Origin: Eledone cirrhosa
Lineage: Eukaryota
Length of the DNA stretch: 64,000 bases
Assembly: GCA_964016885.1 (NCBI GenBank)
Contig: OZ024764.1
Coordinates: forward strand, 13,020,001-13,084,000
Direction: 5' to 3'
The notes beneath the pieces were generated by a model. The model did not search any database. It had not been told where the DNA came from and saw only the letters and a program-made list of their open reading frames with translations. The translations under genes and the position numbers were made by a program. This document shows, piece by piece, positions 14,450 through 29,231 of the stretch. Every line of letters begins with the position of its first letter. The stretch's first letter is position 1.

Positions 14450-14575
14450 TATACACACATATATATTTGTAAACATGTATACAATGATGAGATAGAAATA
14501 ATACAACAGTTAAGAGAATCGAAACTTTTATATATTCCTTATCACTTGTTAGCAAATAATTGTATATACATACAA

Positions 14576-14648
<73 letters not shown>

Positions 14649-14670
14649 TATATAATAAGTGTTGACGGAC

Positions 14671-14730
<60 letters not shown>

Positions 14731-14897
14731 TATATACATATATATATATACACATATATATATATACATATCTTTGTGTATGCGTTTTGTCCTTCTTTGA
14801 ATGAAAAATAACAAATCAAATGATATATATATACATATATACACATATATATATATATATACATATATACACATTATATATATATACATATATACAC

Positions 14898-14939
<42 letters not shown>

Positions 14940-14985
14940 TACATACACATATTTATATATATATATATAAATATATACATACACA

Positions 14986-15077
<92 letters not shown>

Positions 15078-15296
15078 CACATGCATATAATGACACAAAG
15101 AAATTCATTTATTGACCACACACACATACACATATATATAACTACACTCTCTCACACACACATACACATATATATAACTACACTATCTCACACACACACA
15201 CACATATATATAACTACACTATCTCACACACACACACACATACATACACATATATAACTGCTCTCACACACATACATACACATATATATAACTACA

Positions 15297-15341
<45 letters not shown>

Positions 15342-15867
15342 ACATACAACCCCATAATTATATTCCTCTCCTACCAACATCATACCCACATAATACCATC
15401 AATACCATCACACATACACATACATACACCACACATACACACATACACACCACTACCACACACACACACAACCAGTGCCATTACCACACACACACATATT
15501 AACCATAACACATACAAACACACACATACATATATATATATATATAACACATACATATATACACAACACATACATACATATATATATATACACAACACAT
15601 ACATACATACATATATATATACACAACACATACATACATATATATATATATACACAACACATACATATATATATATATACACAACACACACAGATACACA
15701 TACACACAACACATACATATATACATACTCATACACACATATACACAACCATTCAACTCACACATACTCATAGCTACACAACACACACACACACATACAT
15801 TACTATCACCAAACCCATCACACATATACACACAAATAGTATGTACACACACACTATATATATATAC

Positions 15868-15920
<53 letters not shown>

Positions 15921-16387
15921 CAATATATAGATATATATATATATATACACACATACATCTAATTTATATAAATATATATACATATATATATGATATATAT
16001 AAATATATTTATACATGCATCCAATATATATATATATATACACACAATACAATATATATATATATACAATATATATATACATATATATATACATATATAC
16101 ACACACAATACAATATATATATATATACACAATACAATATATATATATATACACACACAATACAATATATATATATATACACACACAATACAATATATAT
16201 ATATATATACACAATACAATATATATATATATACACACACAATACAATATATATATATATACACACACAATACAATATATATATATATACACAATACAAT
16301 ATATATATATATATACACACAATACAATACAATATATATATACACACACAATACAATATATATATATATATATACACACACAATACA

Positions 16388-16420
<33 letters not shown>

Positions 16421-16698
16421 ATACAATATATATATATATATATATACACACACAATACAATATATATATATATATATATACACACACAATACAATATATA
16501 TGTATATATACACACACAATACAATATAAATATATATATATACACACACAATACAATATATATGTATATATATACACACACAATACAATATATATGTATA
16601 TATACACACACAATACAATATATATATATATACACAATACAATATATATATATATATACACACAATACAATACAATATATATATACACACACAATACA

Positions 16699-16731
<33 letters not shown>

Positions 16732-16846
16732 ATACAATATATATGTATATATACACACACAATACAATATATATATATATACACAATACAATATATATAT
16801 ATATATATACACACAATACAATACAATATATATATACACACACAAT

Positions 16847-16888
<42 letters not shown>

Positions 16889-17060
16889 ATACAATATATA
16901 TATATATATACACAATACAATATATATATATATATACACACAATACAATATATATATATATATACACACAATACAATATATATATACACACACAATACAA
17001 TATATATGTATATATATACACACACAATACAATATATATGTATATATATATATATAAACA
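13900..17060. repeat. (TA)/(CA) compound tract, including a (TA)n-CACACAATACAA minisatellite at 16040-17035
   Basis: Direct reading. Confidence 0.92.
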
Positions 17061-17189
17061 TACATGGATGTGTTAAAATAATTATAACAATCAACAAAGT
17101 CATCCAACAATACCATCACATGGACCAGATATTGCTATATAATTGTATATAATAAGAGGGTTTAGACATAAACATTATTTATATATACA

Positions 17190-19020
17190 CCAACACAACA
17201 CCTCCACTACCATAACACCACCACACCACCACCACCAACACTACACCTCCACTACCATAACACCACCACACCACCACCACTACTACCAACACTACACCTC
17301 CACCACCACTACACCACCACCACCACTACCAACACTACCAACACTGCACCTCCACTACCATAACACCACCACACCACCACCACTACCACCACCACCATAA
17401 CGCCACCACACCACCACCACCACTACCACCATTACCAGCACAACCACTACCACCACCACTGCCACCACCACCACAATCACTACAAACACCACACCTCCAC
17501 CACCACTGCCACCACCACCACCACAACCATACACCAACACTACACCTCCAAGCAGCACCACAACCACCAAAACACCAACACCACCACCACCACACCACCA
17601 CCACCATCACTACAAACACCTCACCACCACCACCACTGCCACCAACACAACCAACACCATCACTACCACCACCACACCACCACCACCACCATTACCATCA
17701 CCAGCACAACCACTACCACCAATACACCTCCACCACCATAACACAACACCACCACCACCACCACCACCCAAACAGCACATCACCACCACCTCCACCAGCA
17801 CCATAACCATCACCACCACCACAACCATACACCACTACCACCACACATCTCATTCTCTACCACCACAACCACCACCACAACCACCACCACCATCACCACC
17901 ACCTCCACCAACGCCATAACCATCATCACCACCACCACAACCATACACCACTTCCACCACACATCTCATTCTCTACCACCACAACCACCACCACCACCAC
18001 AACCACCACCCCTACCACCACCACCACCATACACATCAACCTCCACCCCACCACCACCCCACCATGAGCATCAAACGATGTCCCCCAACACCACCACTAA
18101 CACTGCCGTTGCAAGCATTTGCACCCTGTCCTCGCTTCTTTTCTGCTGCACACACCATTTGCATCGTTTACATAGCTGCACCATAACAGCACCTATTGAC
18201 AAAGCACCGCACCACACCACACCACACCACACCACACTGCTCCACACAGCACCACACCACACCACACCACACCACATATCACTACACCACACCACACCAC
18301 ACCACACCATATATCACTACACCACACCGCACCACACCACATATCACTACACGACACCACACCACACCACATATCACTACACCGCACCACACCACACCAC
18401 ATATCACTACACCACACCACCACACCACATATCACCACACCACATATCACTACACCACACCACACTACACTACACCACACCACACCACATATCACTACAC
18501 CACACCACACCACACCACACAACATAGCACTACACCACACTACACCCCACCTCACGACACCACAATACACCTCACTATACCACACTACACCACAATACAC
18601 CTCACTATACCACTACACCACACTACACTACACCACACTATACCACTACACTACACTACACCACAATACACCTCATTATACCACACTACACTACACTACA
18701 CCTCACTATACCACACCACACCACACCACACTACACCTCACTATACCACACTACACCACTCCACACCACACTACACCACTCCACACCACACTACACCTCA
18801 CTACACCACACCACACCACACCACACCACTCCACACCACACTACACCTCACCACACCACACCACTCCATCCACACCACACTACACCTCACCACACCACAC
18901 CACACCACACCACACCACACTTCACCACACCATACCACACCACACCACACCACTCCACACCACACCACACTACACCTCACCACACCACACCACTCCATCC
19001 ACACCGCACCGCACCGCTCC
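17190..19020. repeat. (CAC)n and (CACAC)n tracts with a unique island at about 18062-18205
   Basis: Direct reading. Confidence 0.9.
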
Positions 19021-19184
19021 ACCGTCCAAAGCTGATGTTTTTAAAGTGAAAGCATAGCAGAAGAAGAAAGGGTTTCGGCCCATAAATCTAAGAATGTAAT
19101 AGCAAAAATGTGTACTGGGGGAGGGCAGTGGGGTGGGGAATCTGGTGTTAACTCTTTCAATGAAATGGAGGGGGGCTCGGTCAT

Positions 19185-19230
19185 TTGTGTGTGTGTGTAT
19201 ATATGTGCGTGTATGTGTGTAAATATGTGC

Positions 19231-19270
<40 letters not shown>

Positions 19271-20263
19271 CTGTGTGTATGTACATGTGTGTGTATCTGT
19301 GTGTATGTATATATGTGTGTGTATGTGTGTAAATATGTGCTTGTGTGTGTGTGTGTATGTATCTGTGTGTATGTACATATGTGTGTGTATCTGTGTGTAA
19401 GTATATATGTGTGTGTGTATATATATATATATATGTGCGTGTATGTGTGTAAATATGTGCGTGTGTGTTTCTGTGTGTATGTACATGTGTGTGTATCTGT
19501 GTGTATGTATATATGTGTGTGTATATATATATGTGTGTGTATATATGTGTGTGTGTGTGTGTGTGTGTATCTGTGTATGTACATATGTGTGTGTATCTGT
19601 GTGTGTGTATCTGTGTGTATGTATATATGTGTGTGTATATGTATGTGTGTGTGTGTGTGTATGTATATATATGTGTGTGTGTGTGTATCTGTGTGTATGT
19701 ACATATGTGTGTGTATCTGTGTGTATGTATATATGTGTGTGTATATATATGTGTGTGTGTGTGTATATATATATGTGTGTGTCTGTGTGTGTGTGTGTGT
19801 ATCTGTGTGTATGTACATATGTGTGTGTATGTATATATGTGTGTGTATATATATATGTGTGTGTCTGTGTGTGTGTGTGTGTATCTGTGTGTATGTATAT
19901 ATGTGTGTATATATATATATGTGTGTGTACATATATATGTGTGTGTCTGTGTGTGTGAGACATATGAATGGATTTATAAATTTATCAATGAGATAGTTAT
20001 ATGCAGTAAATGTGTTAATATATGTGCATTTATATATATATATATACACATATATATAAATATATATATGTATATATATATTCATACATGTATATATATA
20101 TATATATGTGTATATATATATTCATACATGTATATATATACATATATATATATATATATGTATATATATTCATACCTATATATATATATATATATTCATA
20201 CCTGTATATATACTCTATACATTATATACCTGTATATATACTCAATATAGATACAATATACTG

Positions 20264-20306
<43 letters not shown>

Positions 20307-20413
20307 ATATATAATATATATATATATATACACACACACACATATATAGATATATACCTACACACACACACACACATATATATACACACATACACACATA
20401 TATATACACACAT

Positions 20414-20445
<32 letters not shown>

Positions 20446-20545
20446 CATCATCATCATCATTTTACGTCCGCTCTTCCCTGCTTGCAAGGGTGGGACATAT
20501 ATATATATATATATATGTGTGTGTATGTGTGTATATATGTGCGTG

Positions 20546-20580
<35 letters not shown>

Positions 20581-20615
20581 ATGTGTGTATATATGTGTGT
20601 GTGTATGTGTGTATA

Positions 20616-20671
<56 letters not shown>

Positions 20672-20689
20672 AGTGTATGTGTGTATATA

Positions 20690-20740
<51 letters not shown>

Positions 20741-20801
20741 ATGTGTGTATATATGTGTGTGTGTATATATATATATATATGTGTGTGTGTATGTGTGTAT
20801 A

Positions 20802-20879
<78 letters not shown>

Positions 20880-20897
20880 AGTGTATGTGTGTATATA

Positions 20898-20930
<33 letters not shown>
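19185..20930. repeat. (TG)/(TA) compound tract; isolated SINE/RTE tail at 20446-20496 (-)
   Basis: Direct reading; tttacgtccgctcttccctgcttgcaagggtggg matches 26774-26808. Confidence 0.9.
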
Positions 20931-21029
20931 GTCATTTATAGGAAAAAACCCATATCAATACATTTATATTCATATGTAGATTAATACCTCTAGCATGGTT
21001 GTTATAGATTTATTTGTTTATTGTTGCCG

Positions 21030-21625
21030 TGGTGGTGGTGGTGGTATGGTGGTGGTATGGTGGTGGTATGGTGGTGGTATGGTGGTGGTGGTGGTGGTAG
21101 TATGGTGGTGGTGGTGGTATGATGGTGGTATGGTGGTGGTATGGTGGTGGTGGTGGTGGTGGTGGTTGTGGTATGGTGGTGGTATGGTGGTGGTGGTGGT
21201 GGTGGTGGTGGTGGTGATGGTATGGTGGTGGTAGTGGTGGTATGGTGGTGGTGGTGATGGTGTGGTGGTGGTGGTGGTGGTGGCGGTATGGTGGTGGTGG
21301 TGATGGTGTGGTGGTGGTGGTATGGTGGTATGGTGGTGGTGGTGGTATGGTGGTGGTGGTGGTGGTATGGTGATGGTGGTGGTGGTATGGTGGTGGTGGT
21401 GGTGGTGGTATGGTGGTGGTGGTGGTGGTGGTGGTGGTATGGTGGTGGTGGTATGGTGGTGGTGGTACAGGTGAAGATGACGGTGTTGGGCTGGTATTTA
21501 TATTGTTGTTGGTGTTGGTGGTGGTGGTGGTGGTGGTGGTGGTGGTGGTGGTGGTGTTGTTATTGGTGGTGGTGTTGGCGGTGGTGTTTTTATTGTTGTT
21601 GATGGTGGTGGTGGTGGTGTTATTG
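21030..21625. repeat. (GGT)n with GGTAT interruptions
   Basis: Direct reading. Confidence 0.92.
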
Positions 21626-22089
21626 TAATAAGGAAAACAACAACAACAACAACAGCAATGATGAAACAACGTGCCCACCCCCTCCACCGCCCGCCCCTCT
21701 CCACTCCATGCGTTGATGTATACGACAGACACCAACACCAACACCTCAGCACCTCCTCATTGATCATCCAGCAAATCTTACGACACAAATGGAGATCTAT
21801 ACAAAACCTAATATAATTATAAATACCAAATGCCAATTGGCAAGGAGGCCAAGACACAGAAGACCCACAGAAGACCAGAATATGTGCCCTCTTCTTTGAT
21901 TAATTAACAATCAAAGGGGCATAACTCTTAATTTAAGCTCCTGCGGAATAAATAATTGCGATCTGATGAACTGACGACAAATTGCCCCACCGATATTGCC
22001 AACTATTAAGAAGACAGGTGAGCTGTTTAAAACCCCTTTAAATACCTTTAAATAGAGAGAAGTAATTTCAATTTCTCTATACATGTATC

Positions 22090-22239
22090 AACATCATCAT
22101 CATCATCATCATCACTAATTTACACCTGCATTTCTAGCGCAGCATCTCTTCACTTACTGTGATCCTTTGTCACATCCATGAGCTTTAGCGATCTGAGATC
22201 AGTTCTCACCACTTCCATCCAGGTCTTCTTTGGTCTTCT

Positions 22240-22245
<6 letters not shown>
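22090..22245 (-). pseudogene. Degraded RTE LINE 3' fragment
   Basis: Minus strand reads GRRRPKKTWMEVVRTDLRSLKL, similar to GRGRPRKTWAEVVRTDLRSLKL at ~26.9 kb; (ATG)n tail. Confidence 0.8.
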
Positions 22246-22270
<25 letters not shown>

Positions 22271-22289
22271 ACATATATATATATATAAA

Positions 22290-22450
22290 TGAAGTAATTC
22301 TGTCGGAAAAGTCCAGGAAAAAAGAGTGCTCTATGTAGGTAACAGAGCTTAATAGTTATGTAATAAACAACATAAGGTAATTAATCATTCCATTTTAAGA
22401 AACCACTGGTAAATGGAATAATTGCCTTATATTGTTTATTACATAACTAT
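22290..22450. mobile_element. Fold-back family B element in (TA)n; related copy at 41128-41298
   Basis: aagtaattctgtcggaaaagtccaggaaaaaagagtgctct is shared; inverted arms at 22352-22395 and 22411-22450. Confidence 0.65.
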
Positions 22451-22606
22451 ATATATATATATATATATATATGCATAGGTTATATTTAATTTGTTGGGAT
22501 TCAACAAGCTTAAAATTTTTTATAACTGATATAAAGCACTCAACAGTTTAGTGGAGTAAATATACAATATATTAACAAATGGAAACTATATTTATAAAAC
22601 CATATT

Positions 22607-22672
22607 TATTTTATTATACATATTTCAAGGGCCACCAAGGCAAATTATGGTGCGCTTTCATCAGATTAAATA
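22607..22672 (-). ncRNA. Type I hammerhead ribozyme (PLE-type minimal)
   Basis: tatttaat-CTGATGA-aagcgcacca...tggtggccctt-GAAA-tatgta-TA-ataaaata. Confidence 0.75.
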
Positions 22673-22845
22673 CAATACAGATTTGTTTTATAAATAAAAA
22701 TATTGACATAGCCTGATAAAAAGACACTCCAACCGTTAAGGTTGTCTTTTTTTCATGGTATGTAAATATTTATTTATAAAACAAATCTGTATTGTATTTT
22801 ATCTGATGAAAGTGCACCATAATTTGCCTTGGTGGCCCTTGAAAT

Positions 22846-23206
22846 CATCATCATCATCATCATCGTTTAACGTCCATGTTCCACGCTCGCATGAGTTTGG
22901 ACGGGAGTTTTCCCACTTGAGGCAAGAGTGGTTGTCTTGCTCGCATAGGACTGTCTGGCGGGTTTTCTATGGCTGGATGCCCTTCCTAACACCAACCACA
23001 TTTACAGTGTGGAACTGGGAGGTTTTTACCGTGTTGCCTACACGGCCACATTACAGCGTGGACTGTGTGTTTTTTTGTCGTGACACCTACACGATCTCAT
23101 TTGTTTCGGACTGGCTGTTGTGGTACCAACATAACTTTACATTGAAAGCGGGTGGTGTGGATGGGGTGGGAGTGGTGGGACGGGGGTGTATTTTGTTAGA
23201 GATGCC
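22846..23206 (-). mobile_element. SINE (family A-type core and tail) inserted in the fold-back arm
   Basis: (CAT)n tail, ggatgcccttcctaacaccaacc core; close to 40070-40660 in reverse. Confidence 0.82.
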
Positions 23207-23275
23207 ATGTATAATAAAATAAATATGGTTTTATAAATATAGTTTTCATTTGTTAATATATTGTATATATATATA

Positions 23276-23673
23276 AACTAGCCCGAATTACCTGCGCCTT
23301 GCTGCGTTTCACACATTTCTTTTGTAAGAACATGATGATTGATTTTAAATCAGTGATATCATTTATGGAGAAAAACTCCATTAGGGTGTCTTAATATTAT
23401 TGAAATTTGCTGAAATTTTGTGAATAGGCAACATATCTTGTCATTTACCTATGGTTTAAATTTCATATAAATCGAAGAGAAAACATTTTCAGTGGGGGTT
23501 TGAGCCCCCGGTGAACCCTGTGATTAAAATGAAATATACTTATCCAAGTACCCTGGACAATGTAGTTTCAAAATATATATGGTTATGGTTATGGGGTCTA
23601 TCTCCAAAACCATAGGAGGAGTTCGTGAACAAATAAACAAACAGACAGGAACTACAACTTTATATATATAGAT
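23276..23673 (+). mobile_element. Non-autonomous Helitron/Helentron-like element
   Basis: Begins AACTAGCCCGAATTACCTGCGCCTTGCTGCG and ends acaaacagacagg...aactttatatatatagat, resembling Helentron-associated element ends; no internal coding evidence. Confidence 0.5.
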
Positions 23674-23809
23674 ATATATTGTTGTACAGGAGACCCAACT
23701 ACCATTGCATACAAACCTACAGTCAATAGGCACCTCTTAACTCAATGTACACTCCACCGACACACCCTACCCCATCCTCCCGTTCCGTCCACTGTGTCGA
23801 TGACACAAC

Positions 23810-26485
23810 GGTCCACTCTGTAAGGTGCCCGTGTAGGAGACACGGTAAAGAGGCTCCCAGTCCACGCTGTAAAGTGGTCATGTAGGAGACACGGTAAAAG
23901 GCTCCCAGTCCACGCTGTAAAGTGGTCATGTAGGAGACACAGTGAAAAGGCTCCTAGTCCACACTGTAAAGTGGTCGTGTAGGAGACACGGTAAAAAGGC
24001 TCCCAGTCCACACTGTAAAGTGGTCATGTAGGAGACACGGTAAAAGGCTCCCAGTCCACGCTGTAAAGTGGTCATGTAGGAGACACAGTGAAAAGGCTCC
24101 TAGTCCACACTGTAAAGTGGTCGTGTAGGAGACACGGTAAAAAGGCTCCCAGTCCACACTGTAAAGTGGTCATGTAGGAGACACAGTGAAAAGGCTCCCA
24201 GTTCACACTGTAAAGTGGTCACGTAGGAGACACAGTAAAAAGGCTCCCAGTCCACACTGTAATGTGGTCATGTAGGAGAAACAGTGAAAAGGCTCCCAGT
24301 CCACACTGTAAAGTGGTCGTGTAGGAGACACAGTAAAAAGGCTCCCAGTCCACACTGTAAAGAGGTCGTGTAGGAGACACAGTGAAAAGGCTCCCAGTCC
24401 ACACTGTAAAGTGGTCACGTAAGAGACACAGTAAAAAGGCTCCCAGTCCACACTGTAAAGTGGTCACGTAGGAGACACAGTAAAAAGGCTCCCAGTCCAC
24501 ACTGTAATGTGGTCATGTAGGAGACACAGTGAAAAGGCTCCCAGTCCACACTGTAAAGTGGTCATGTAGGAGACACAGTAAAAAGGCTCCCAGTCCACAC
24601 TGTAAAGTGGTCATGTAGGAGACACAGTGAAAAGGCTCCCAGTCCACACTGTAAAGTGGTTGTGTAGGAGACACAGTAAAAAGGCTCTCAGTGGTCATGT
24701 AGGAGACACGGTAAAAAGGCTCCCAGTCCACACTGTAAAGTGGTCATGTAGGAGACACAGTGAAAAGGCTCCCAGTCCACACTGTAAAGTGGTCATGTAG
24801 GAGACACAGTGAAAAGGCTCCCAGTCCACACTGTAAAGTGGTAGTGTAGGAGACACGGTAAAAAGGCTCTCAGTGGTCATGTAGGAGACACGGTAAAAAG
24901 GCTCCCAGTCCACACTGTAAAGTGGTCATGTAGGAGACACAGTGAAAAGGCTCCCAGTCCACACTGTAAAGTGGTCATGTAGGAGACACAGTGAAAAGGC
25001 TCCCAGTCCACACTGTAAAGTGGTAGTGTAGGAGACACGGTAAAAAGGCTCTCAGTGGTCATGTAGGAGACACGGTAAAAAGGCTCCCAGTCCACACTGT
25101 AAAGTGGTCATGTAGGAGACACAGTGAAAAGGCTCCCAGTCCACACTGTAAAGTGGTCATGTAGGAGACACGGTAAAAAGGCTCCCAGTCCACACTGTAA
25201 AGTGGTCATGTAGGAGACACAGTGAAAAGGCTCCCAGTCCACACTGTAAAGTGGTCATGTAGGAGACACAGTGAAAAGGCTCCCAGTCCACACTGTAAAG
25301 TGGTCATGTAGGAGACACAGTAAAAAGGCTCCCAGTCCACACTGTAAAGTGGTCATGTAGGAGACACAGTGAAAAGGCTCCCAGTCCACACTGTAAAGTG
25401 GTAGTGTAGGAGACACAGTGAAAAGGCTCCCAGTCCACACTGTAAAGTGGTAGTGTAGGAGACACAGTGAAAAGGCTCCCAGTCCACACTGTAAAGTGGT
25501 CATGTAGGAGACACGGTAAAAAGGCTCCCAGTCCACACTGTAAAGTGGTCACGTAGGAGACACGGTAAAAAGGCTCCCAGTCCACACTGTAAAGTGGTCA
25601 CGTAGGAGACACAGTAAAAAGGTTCCCAGTCCACACTGTAAAGTGGTAGTGTAGGAGACACAGTGAAAAGGCTCCCAGTCCACACTGTAAAGTGGTCACG
25701 TAGGAGACACAGTAAAAAGGTTCCCAGTCCACACTGTAAAGTGGTAGTGTAGGAGACACGGTAAAAAGGCTCCCAGTCCACACTGTAAAGTGGTCACGTA
25801 GGAGACACAGTAAAAAGGTTCCCAGTCCACACTGTAAAGTGATCATGTAGGAGACACAGTGAAAAGGCTCCCAGTCCACACTGTAAAGTGGTAGTGTAGG
25901 AGACACAGTGAAAAGGCTCCCAGTCCACACTGTAAAGTGGTCACGTAGGAGACACAGTAAAAAGGTTCCCAGTCCACACTGTAAAGTGGTAGTGTAGGAG
26001 ACACGGTAAAAAGGCTCCCAGTCCACACTGTAAAGTGGTCACGTAGGAGACACAGTAAAAAGGTTCCCAGTCCACACTGTAAAGTGATCATGTAGGAGAC
26101 ACAGTGAAAAGGCTCCCAGTCCACACTGTAAAGTGGTCATGTAGGAGACATGGTAAAAAGACTCCCAATCCACTGTAAAGTGGTCATGTAGGAGACACAG
26201 TAAAAAGACTCCCAGTCCACTGTAAAGTGGTCATGTAGGAGACACGGTAAAAAGGCTCCCAGTCCACACTGTAAAGTGGTCATGTAGGAGACACGGTAAA
26301 AAGGCTCCCAGTCCACACTGTAAAGTGGTCATGTAGGAGACACGGTAAAAAGACTCCCAGTCCACACTGTAAATGTGGTTGGTGTTAGGAAGGGCATCCA
26401 GCTGTAGAAATCAAGCCAGAATCAGTTCCCGACCCACCCTTGCAAGCAGGGAGCAGCGGACGTAAAATGATGATGATGATGATGA
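23810..26485 (+). mobile_element. SINE family A 3' part with a 49-bp internal unit expanded to about 50 copies (23810-26375)
   Basis: gtaggagacacrgtraaaaggctcccagtccacactgtaaagtggtca unit, then core ggtgttaggaagggcatccagctgtagaaa and RTE-type tail. Confidence 0.92.
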
Positions 26486-26635
26486 TATATATATATATTA
26501 TATATATATATTATGATGATATATATATATATATTATGATGATATATATGATATATATATATATTATGATGATATATATATATATTATATATATATATTA
26601 TATATATATATATATGATGATGATGATGATGATGA

Positions 26636-26674
<39 letters not shown>

Positions 26675-26754
26675 AAAATGTTTAACCCTGCCGACAGAGC
26701 TCAAGCTGTTTTAACGGCTATTTATGGTCCATCTCGTTCCTTACCACACCTTCA

Positions 26755-29207
26755 TTATCATCATCATCATCATTTTACGTCCGCTTTTCCCTGCTTGCAA
26801 GGGTGGGACGGGTCTTATTCAGCACAGCATCTCTCCACTCGTCACGGTCCCTCGTCATCTCCACCGTGAGCTTCAATGATCTGAGGTCTGTTCTCACCAC
26901 CTCCGCCCATGTTTTTCGTGGTCTACCTCTACCACGTCTTCCTTCAACTGGCAATTCCTGGCACTTCTTCACCCATCGGTCATCCTCCATGCGCATCACA
27001 TGTCCATACCACCCCAGTCTCCTCTCCCGTACACTACATTCTATCCCTCTCAGACACAGTTTCTCTCTCAACGCATGACATGTCCATACCACCTCAGTCT
27101 CCTCTCCCGTACACTACATTCTATCCCTCTCAGACACAGTTTCTCTCTCAACACATCACATGTCCATACCACCTCAGTCTCCTCTCCCGTACACTACATT
27201 CTATCCCTCTCAGACACAGTTTCTCTCTCAACACATCACATGTCCATACCACCTCAGTCTCCTCTCCCGTACACTAGATTCTATCCCTCTCAGACACAGT
27301 TTCTCTCTCAACACATCACATGTCCATACCACCTCAGTCTCCTCTCCCGTACACTACATTCTATCCCTCTCAGACACAGTTTCTCTCTCAACACATCACA
27401 TGTCCATACCACCTCAGTCTCCTCTCCCGTACACTACATTCTATCCCTCTCAGACACAGTTTCTCTCTCAACGCATGACATGTCCATACCACCTCAGTCT
27501 CCTCTCCCGTACACTACATTCTATCCCTCTCAGACACAGTTTCTCTCTCAACACATCACATGTCCATACCACCTCAGTCTCCTCTCCCGTACACTACATT
27601 CTATCCCTCTCAGACACAGTTTCTCTCTCAACACATCACATGTCCATACCACCTCAGTCTCCTCTCCCGTACACTACATTCTATCCCTCTCAGACACAGT
27701 TTCTCTCTCAACACATCACATGTCCATACCACCTCAGTCTCCTCTCCCGTACACTACATTCTATCCCTCTCAGACACAGTTTCTCTCTCAACACATCACA
27801 TGTCCATACCACCTCAGTCTCCTCTCCCGTACACTACATTCTATCCCTCTCAGACACAGTTTCTCTCTCAACACATCACATGTCCATACCACCTCAGTCT
27901 CCTCTCCCGCACACTACATTCTATCCCTCTCAGACACAGTTTCTCTCTCAACACATCACATGTCCATACCACCTCAGTCTCCTCTCCCGTACACTACATT
28001 CTATCCCTCTCAGACACAGTTTCTCTCTCAACGCATCACATGTCTCTACCACCTCAGTCTCCTCTCCCGTACACTACATTCTATCCCTCTCAGACACAGT
28101 TTCTCTCTCAACACATCACATGTCCATACCACCTCAGTCTCCTCTCCCGTACACTACATTCTATCCCTCTCAGACACAGTTTCTCTCTCAACGCATCACA
28201 TGTCTCTACCACCTCAGTCTCCTCTCCCGTACACTACATTCTATCCCTCTCAGACACAGTTTCTCTCTCAACACATCACATGTCCATACCACCTCAGTCT
28301 CCTCTCCCGTACACTACATTCTATCCCTCTCAGACACAGTTTCTCTCTCAACGCATCACATGTCTCTACCACCTCAGTCTCCTCTCCCGTACACTACATT
28401 CTATCCCTCTCAGACACAGTTTCTCTCTCAACACATCACATGTCCATACCACCTCAGTCTCCTCTCCCGTACACTACATTCTATCCCTCTCAGACACAGT
28501 TTCTCTCTCAACACATCACATGTCCATACCACCTCAGTCTCCTCTCCCGTACACTACATTCTATCCCTCTCAGACACAGTTTCTCTCTCAACACATCACA
28601 TGTCCATACCACCTCAGTCTCCTCTCCCGTACACTACATTCTATCCCTCTCAGACACAGTTTCTCTCTCAACGCATCACATGTCTCTACCACCTCAGTCT
28701 CCTCTCCCGTACACTACATTCTATCCCTCTCAGACACAGTTTCTCTCTCAACACATCACATGTCCATACCACCTCAGTCTCCTCTCCCGTACACTACATT
28801 CTATCCCTCTCAGACACAGTTTCTCTCTCAACACATCACATGTCCATACCACCTCAGTCTCCTCTCCCGTACACTACACTCTATCCCTCTCAGACACAGT
28901 TTCTCTCTCAACACATCACATGTCCATACCACCTCAGTCTCCTCTCCCGTACACTACATTCTATCCCTCTCAGACACAGTTTCTCTCTCAACACATCACA
29001 TATCCATACCACCTCAGTCTCCTCTCCCGTACACTACATTCTATCCCTCTCAGACACAGTTTCTCTCTCAACACATTTATGCTGGGTCGTTCACGCACAT
29101 TTACACTGCACATCCAACGGAGCATGCTTGCCTCATTTCTCTCCAGCCGTCGCATATCCTCTGCAGTTGCTGCCCATGTCTCACTACCATGCAGCATCGC
29201 GCTCCTC
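26755..29207 (-). pseudogene. 5'-truncated RTE-clade LINE, C-terminal ORF region
   Basis: LHGSETWAATAEDMRRLERNEASMLRWM...RRLGWYGHVMRMEDDRWVKK...GRGRPRKTW are typical RTE C-terminal motifs; (ATG)n tail follows the stop. Confidence 0.93.
26993..29076. repeat. 80-bp tandem array, 26 copies, derived from RTE coding sequence
   Basis: Exact 80-bp period from 27001 to 29001. Confidence 0.97.
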
Positions 29208-29231
29208 TATATATACATATATATATATATA

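Larger units (their letters stand above)
22473..23267 (-). mobile_element. Fold-back family A (Penelope-like terminal repeat) in (TA)n; right arm interrupted by a SINE
   Basis: Arms 22561-22730 versus 22745-22845 plus 23207-23267; unique tail 22473-22560 is homologous to 41024-41110. Confidence 0.8.

Noticed and set aside
14475-14535. Hammerhead or C/D box at atgatgagat...atcgaaac
   Set aside because: Core C is missing, stems I and III do not form, and there is no D box; at most a decayed remnant.
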